NCBI RefSeq assembly: GCF_009914755.1
Contig: NC_060946.1
Reading direction: 5' to 3' (one strand)
Source: the human T2T-CHM13v2.0 reference genome, Homo sapiens
DNA length: 64,000 nt
The notes beneath the pieces were generated by a model, which did no database searches, had not been told where the DNA came from, and saw only the letters and a list, made by a program, of their open reading frames with translations. The position numbers and the translations under genes are program-made. Below, piece after piece: positions 55,302 to 64,000 of this stretch; positions within the stretch are counted from its first letter, which is position 1; each line of letters opens with the position of its first letter.

Positions 55302-56372
55302 CTGTTGAAACAAAATAGCTTCGGCTTATCAACATTGTCAAAGGTTAAACATTTAAATATTGTTTCATTTTAATCATTACTTGTTTGGTAAAAAAGGAAG
55401 GCTTGAATAAACCAAGAAAATGATGAACCATCTGATTAATGGTGTTGAAATAACTGGCTAAACATTTTGGAAAAAATAAAAGTAATCATCTACTCACTAT
55501 CTTACTCTAGGATAAACACTAGATAGAGTGAAATGTACACTAAATAGAATAATACAACCATAAAAATAGAAGAAAATTAAGATGACTGTTACATACTACA
55601 TAATCTTTGTGTGAGAAAGCCTTGCCAAGGAAAACACTAAAGCCAGAATTTATTTAAATAAAGGATAAGTTTGACAACATAAATACTTGATTTTTGTTTC
55701 GTAAAAAAAAAAAAAGCCACAAGTTAACAGTGAAAAAATAATGAGTGGAGAAGAACTATTGTTAATATACATGAGAAATACAGGTTAATTTTCATAATAT
55801 ATGAGTAGCTCTTATGAATCAATAAAATAAATATAAACATCCAATAGAACAGTAGACTAAGGTTATAGACAGATAATTCACATAAAAAGAATTTTAAAGC
55901 ATCCAATAAATGTATGGACTACTCAAGCTCATTGATCATTTTTAAAGTCTTATTAAAACAAATTAACATTTTTTTCTACTGGTCAAATAGGCAAGGAGTA
56001 AAGGGAATAATAAGAACCAGTTCTGGCTTGTGTATAAAAACTTGGTACTTGAATATGCTTAAATCCTTTTCTAGAGTTTTGTACTCATGGCATAATAGGG
56101 CTACTCACCGAATTCACATGGATAAGGATATTTTCTGCACTTTTCTTTATGAGAGGAAAAAAATGAAACAATCTAAATGCCCATTCATAGAAGATGAATT
56201 TTATAAATGAATGGTCCATCAAGCCTATGAAATACTACACAGACTTTAAAAACAAAGATACATGTCTAAATTAACGGATGTGGGAAATGTTCTTTGCTAT
56301 ATATTGTTTCATGATTTTAAAGGGGTAATTAGCATAATTTCATTTTAACACTTATTTTGTATATCTTTCTAT

Positions 56373-56420
56373 GCATCCATCCATCCATCCACCCATCCAT
56401 CCATCCATCCATCCATCCAT
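56373..56420 (+). repeat. (CCAT)n tetranucleotide repeat
   Basis: About 12 units with one interruption. Confidence 0.9.
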
Positions 56421-56832
56421 GTAAGTACCAGAAACAAAATCTGAGAGGATACTACACGAAAAAGAAAAAGTGGTAGGATTCAGGTAGTAGAATTATACGG
56501 GATTATTATTTAGTGTTTTTGTGTTTTCTGGCTTTTTTGAAACAAGCATGTATTATTTTTATAATAAAAGAGAATGAAATAAATCTAAAATATAGCCATT
56601 TTCTTTCTCAAAGTTGACTGCAAAGAATCACAAATGGTTTCCCAGATTTATTTCCTAAAATGTCTGCAAATACGCTTCAGCCAAATTAAGCACACTTAAT
56701 TCAGCTGCAGTTAACAAACTGCCAGTCATCTGGAATTCTATTTCCTAGCTCCAAAAAAGAGAAAGGGGAGAAAAAAAAAGATCCCTCTGGGCTATATAAT
56801 AAAAGACAAAGTTGGTCTTTAGAACTTGGTCA

Positions 56833-57166
<334 letters not shown>

Positions 57167-58279
57167 CTACAGCCACAGTGGGCTGAGCATTTGAAACCTG
57201 GTGTCTCAGGACATTTGAGCTGCAAGGGCCCTCGCTGAAAGATGAGGAAGCTGTGTCACAGAAGCGGGACCTGAAGTGGTCTAGCACACAGAGGCCTCCA
57301 GCCCCTCTTGGACACCTCATCCTGTTCTCAGTCCACCTGTGACACTGGTACTCTCATGGCACATTTCGGGAAGCCCACTGGGGCTCTGTTTAAACAACAT
57401 GTCTGGCTTGGAAGGGTGGAGAAGGGATTAGGGTGTGAGGCCTGCCCTGGGGAGCTCACGGCCCACAGGTCTGTGCACACGCCCTGTGGCTGCTCTCACA
57501 GGCTGGCTGACAGCACTCGGTACGGTGTATTCAGTGACGCCTCTCTCACCACAATTATACCAGCTTTCATTCTCCAGGGCAGCTTGATAATGCCTGCAAC
57601 CTTCTGATTTTCTCAAAATTTCCTCTGAAGGATGATGCTACCCAATGTGAAACTGGGTGGAGAAGCAATCCAAAGCTTACAGTGCGGTTTATGTTCACTG
57701 CAGGCGAAAGGAAATCTGCTCCCCAGCATCTTTCTTCATGTGCCCAAATAGATGGTGCTTTTCATAAGCAAGATGGTGGTGGCTTATTAAGAACACAAAT
57801 GGAACCAAAACAGAAGTTAGCAAAATTAATAGAACACATTGTTCCACATTTAGAGAAGTCAGAGATAAAAGGTTGCTGCAAATATATGAACTAGCGACTC
57901 TCTTATAGAGGTGAGAACAGCACCAAACCTCTAACCGGCTCTTGGTAATTTGTTCTTATATAACATATTTTCCCCCAAAAAATTTGCTGACTGGCTCTCC
58001 CACTTACTAGCTATGCAATGGTGTGCTTTTGTTTCCTTATTTACAAGAAGAGATAGAAAACAGTACCTTTGTCATGGAACTGCTACCTGGATTAGATGAG
58101 CTGATAGAGGTACTTGCCTGGCACTTGGTAGATACTCAATAGGTATTAGCTACGTATTGATTCATAATACTGTTTCAATGATAGGAGTCATGGAAGAGCA
58201 GTATCAATCAGAGTCTGAAAACTCAGAACTCAGATGACAGAAATCAGGAGCAAATTACAAAAAAACATTATGTCAGGTA

Positions 58280-58510
58280 TAAAACGTTGTATTATTAACG
58301 AATAGCCACCATGAAATTTGCTAAGAGAATAGATGTTAAGTGTTCTCACCACACACAAAAAAAGGTATCCATGTGAGGTGATGGAGGTGTTAACTAATTT
58401 ACTGTAATAAACATTTCACAATGTATATGTACATCAAATCACCACATTGTACATCTTAAATACACACAATTTTAACTTGTCAGTTATACCTCAATAAAGA
58501 TGAAAAAAAA
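58280..58510 (+). mobile_element. L1MA/MB 3' end
   Basis: gaaatttgctaagagaatagatgttaagtgttctcaccac...tacctcaataaag plus A-tail. Confidence 0.8.
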
Positions 58511-58532
58511 ATCATTTCAGAAATGAAGACTA

Positions 58533-58862
58533 GGCCGGGTTCAAGGAAAGGAAAGGAGAGGAGACTAAGCTGGGCACAGTGGCTTACACATGTAATCCCA
58601 GCACTTTGAGAGACCGAGGCAGGAAGCCAGGAGTTCAAGACCAGCATGGGCAACAAAGCAGAACCTGTCTCTACAAAAGATTAAAAAAAAAAAAATAGCC
58701 GGGCACAGTAGCATGTACCTGTGGTCCAAGCTACTCGGGAGGCTGAGGCAGGAGAACTGCTTGAGCCCAGGAGTTCAAGGCTGCAGTGAGCTATGATCAT
58801 GCCATTGCGCTCCAGCCTGGGTGACAGAGCAAGACCCTGTCTCTAAAAAATAAAATAAAATA
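58533..58862 (+). mobile_element. AluJ SINE with duplicated 5' boundary
   Basis: tgcttgagcccaggagttcaaggctgcagtgagctatgat is an AluJ signature; TSD agaaatgaagacta. Confidence 0.9.
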
Positions 58863-60576
58863 AGAAATGAAGACTAAACTAAAAGAAACACAAGAGCAAA
58901 TAAACACAATAGTAATAGGAGGTGAAATCAAAGTTATATCATGGAAGGAAACAAAGAAGGGAGAGAGGGAGGAAAAGAGAGAGGAAGGGAGGGAGGAAGA
59001 AAGTAAGAAAAAAGGGAGGAAGAAGGACTTGTGAGGAAGTTGTGGTGTAGAAGAGAAGAGAGGGGGAAAAAAGATCCTATCTTTTGGATAGGGAATCCAA
59101 AAGATACAATACATATGATATGAATCACTGAGAAGAAAACCAAACAATGGAATGGAAAAAATACTAAAAATCACAATTCAAGAAATTAAAGAGGAAGTCC
59201 TAGCCAGAGGAATCAGGCAAGAGAAAGAAAGAAAAGGCATCCACATACGAAATGAAGAAGTCAAACTATCTCTCTTTGCTGACAATATGATTCTATACCT
59301 AGAAAACCCTACAGACTCTGCCAAAAGGCTACTAGAACTGATAAATCATTTAAACAAGGTTTCAGTACACAAAATCAATGTACAAAAATCAGTGGCATTT
59401 CTATACATCAATAATGTCCAGGCTGAGAGTCAAATCAAGAATACAATCCCACGTGCAATAGCCACAAAGAAAATAAAATACCTGAGAATACAGCTAACCA
59501 AGGAGGTGAAAGATCTCTACAAGAAGAAGCACAAAACAGTGCTGAAAGAAACTAGAGATGACACAAATAAGTGGAAAAAATATTCTATGCTTACGGATTG
59601 AAAGAATCAGTATCATTAAAATGGCCATACTGTCCAAAGCAATGAACAGATTCCACGCAGTTCCAATCTAGCTATCAATGTCACTCTTCAAGAATTAGAA
59701 AAAGCTATCCTAAAATTCATATGGAACAACAAACAAAACAAAACAAAACCCAAAGCCCAAATAGCCAAAGCAATCCTAAGCAAAAAGAACAAAGCTGAAG
59801 GCATCAGTCTACCCAACTACAAACTATACTATAAGACTATAGAAAGCAAAACAGCATGACACTAGTACAAAAACAGACACATAGGCAAATGGAACAGAAT
59901 AGGAAACTCAGAAATAAAGCTACCCACTTAAAACATCCGATCTTTGACAAGGCAGACAAAAATAAGCAATGGAGGAAGTTCTCCCTATTAAATAAATAGT
60001 ATTGGGATAACAGGCTAGCCATATGCAGAAGAATGAATCTGGACCCTTACCTTTCACTATATATAAAAATTAACTCAAGATGGATGAAAGAAGTAAATGG
60101 AAGACCTCAAACTATAAAAATCTAGAAGAAAAACTGGGAAATATCCTTCTCAACATCAGCCTTGGCAAAGAATGTTTGGCTAAGTCCCCAAAAGCAATTG
60201 CAACAAAAATAAAAATGGATAAGTGGGGCCTTCTTAAACTAAAGAACTTTTCTGCACAGCAAAAGAAACTATGAATAAACAGACAACCTACAGAATGGGA
60301 GAAAATATTTGAAAAGTATGCATCTGACAAAGTCCTAATATCTAAAATCTGTAAGGAATTTAAACACAATATCAACAAGCAGAAAACAAATAACCCCATT
60401 AAAAAATGGACAAAGGACACGAACAGACACTTCTCAAAAGAAGAAGACATACACACGGCCAACAAACATATGAAAAAATGCTCATAATCACTAATCATCA
60501 GAGAAATGCAAATTGAAGCCACAAGGAGATACCATCTTACACCAATCAGATTGGCTATTATTAAAAAGTCAAAAAA

Positions 60577-60874
<298 letters not shown>

Positions 60875-61338
60875 GTCAAAAAACAACAGATGCTGGCAAG
60901 GCTGCAGAGAAAAGGGAACACTCAGGCATTGTTGGTGGGAATGTAAATCAGTTCAGCTACTGTGGAAAGCAGTTTGGAGATTTCTCAAAGAATTTAAAAC
61001 AGAGCTACTATTCAACGCAGCAATCCAATTACTGGGCATATATCTAGTGGAAAATAGATTATTATGCCAACAACACATGCACTCATATGTTCATTGTAGC
61101 ACTATTCACCATAGCAAAGACATGGAATAAACATAGGTGCCCATCAGTGGTGGACTGGATAAAGAAAATGTGGTACGGATATACCACAGAATACCACACA
61201 GCCATAAAAAAGAATAAAATCAAGTCATTTGCAGCAACATGCATGGAGCTGGAGGCCATAATTCTAAGCAAACTAACACAGGAACAGAAAACCAAACACT
61301 GCATGTTCTCTCTTATAAGTGGGAGGTAAACATTGAAC

Positions 61339-61599
61339 GAAGTTTATTCCAACCCTAATGGATGACTTTAAGGGGTTCAAGACTTCAGTGGAGGAAGTAA
61401 CTGTATACGTAGTGGAAATAGCAAGAGAACTAGAATTAAAAGTGGAGCCTGAAGATGTGACTATATTGCTGTAATCTTCTGTTCAAACTTTAAGGGATGA
61501 GGAGTTGTTTCTTATGGATGAGCAAAATAAGTGGTCTCTTGAGATGAAATCTACTCCTGGTAAAGATGCTATGAACATTGTTAAAATGACAACAAAAAG
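61339..61599 (+). mobile_element. Tigger1 internal (transposase C-terminal) fragment without TIRs, inside the L1PB 3'UTR
   Basis: ggggttcaagacttcagtggaggaagtaact...gcaagagaactagaattaaaagtggagcctgaagatgtgact matches Tigger1; flanked by ttgaac on both sides. Confidence 0.85.
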
Positions 61600-61954
61600 T
61601 TGAACACACATGGATATAAGCATGGGAACAACAGATAACAGGGCCTACTAGAGGAGGAGAAATGGAGGGGGTGTGGATTGAAAAACTACCTATTGGGTGC
61701 TATGCTCACTACCTGGGTGCAGTATACCTGTGTAACAAACCTGCACATGTACCCCTGTATCTAAAAGTTGAATTTTTTTAAAAAAGAGACTCAGATGAAA
61801 ACCTAAATAGTACACAATGTACTCAGGGAATCATTCAACCTTGAGTACCTAATATCATGACATAGTCTAGCAAAATGTATTGGGTTTTAAATTTTTTTAA
61901 ATTATCAGGGCATCCAGACAAAAAGATCAAATTATGAATAAGGAAAACAAAGGT

Positions 61955-63257
<1,303 letters not shown>

Positions 63258-63943
63258 TATCTTAGTCCTTTTTATGTTGCTGTAACTACATACGTGAGAC
63301 TAAGTAATTTACAAAGAAAACAAATATATTTCTTATAGTTCTGGAAGCTAGAAAGTCCAAGGTCAAGGGACTGCAGCTGGCTGGCTTCTGAGGCCCTCAT
63401 GCTCTGTTGTAACATGGAAGAAAGCATCACAGGGCAAGAGAGAGGCATGTTGAGAGCCAAACTGGCTTTTTTTTTTTTTTTTTTTTTTTAGACGGAGTTT
63501 CATTCTTGTTGCCCAGGCTGGAGTGCAATGGCACAATCTTGGCTCATTGTAACCCCCCGCCTACCGGGTTCAAGCAATTCTCCTGCCTCAGCCTCCCGAA
63601 TAGCTGGGATTACAGGCATGCGCCACCACGCCCAGCTAATTTTGTATTTTTAGTAGAGATGGGGTTTCTCCATGTTAGTCAGGCTGGTCTTGAACTCCCG
63701 ACTTCAGGTGATCCACCCGCCTCGGCCTCCCAAAGTGCTGGGATTACAGGCGTGACCCACTGCACCCGGCCCAAACTAGCTTTTATAACAGACTCACTGT
63801 TATGATAATCCATTAATCCCCTTCACAGGGGCAGAGCCCTCATGACTCAGTCACCTCTTAAAGGCCACATCTCTTAAAACTGTTACATTGGGGATTAAGT
63901 TTCAACATGAGTTTTGGAGGGGGCTAACATTGAAACCATAACA
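63258..63943 (-). mobile_element. MST-type MaLR LTR (5' LTR of the adjacent internal region), split by an Alu
   Basis: tatcttagtcc...agttctggaagctagaaagtccaag...gtttcaacatgagttttggaggg...aaaccataaca. Confidence 0.85.
63466..63771 (-). mobile_element. AluSp-like SINE nested in the MST LTR
   Basis: Full reverse dimer; TSD ccaaact(g/a)gcttt. Confidence 0.95.
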
Positions 63944-64000
63944 CCAACCCAGAAAGAATATGCTGACACCATGAGTTTTACACTTTAGGGCTAAAGTTTT

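Noticed and set aside
59152-59601. 149-aa RT-like ORF as a functional or domesticated gene
   Set aside because: It is a chance fusion of an old ORF1-like fragment with a truncated L1PB ORF2. The catalytic FADD reads FADN and the downstream frame is broken.

Overview
Primate (very likely human) genomic DNA from the middle of EFCAB6 (EF-hand calcium-binding domain protein 6 / DJBP), which runs on the - strand. I found nine internal coding exons by hand (55301 down to 5471). All have canonical GT-AG boundaries and matching phases, and they splice into one stop-free frame of 1226 nt (2 nt + 408 codons) encoding about 3.5 EF-hand-pair modules. Both ends of the gene lie outside the window. The introns are mostly interspersed repeats: 16 Alus, many old L1/HAL1 fragments, L2/MIR, MaLR and ERVL LTR remnants, and DNA transposons (Ricksha, MER20, Charlie, a Tigger1 fragment). 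Nearly all other ORFs in the track are repeat-derived or chance. I found no convincing new biological system. The best leads are: (i) a 564-nt four-exon block between inverted Alus that would give a stop-free circular ORF with ATG at the back-splice junction; (ii) an AT-rich palindromic patchwork containing short copies of sequence 2-3 kb away on both sides; (iii) other microhomology-bounded insertions (a 400-bp L1 ORF1 copy inside ORF2, a TIR-less Tigger1 piece with a 6-bp duplication); (iv) a four-layer MER20/Ricksha/MLT2/Alu nest. Repeat subfamily names and boundaries come from recognising consensus sequences by eye and are approximate.
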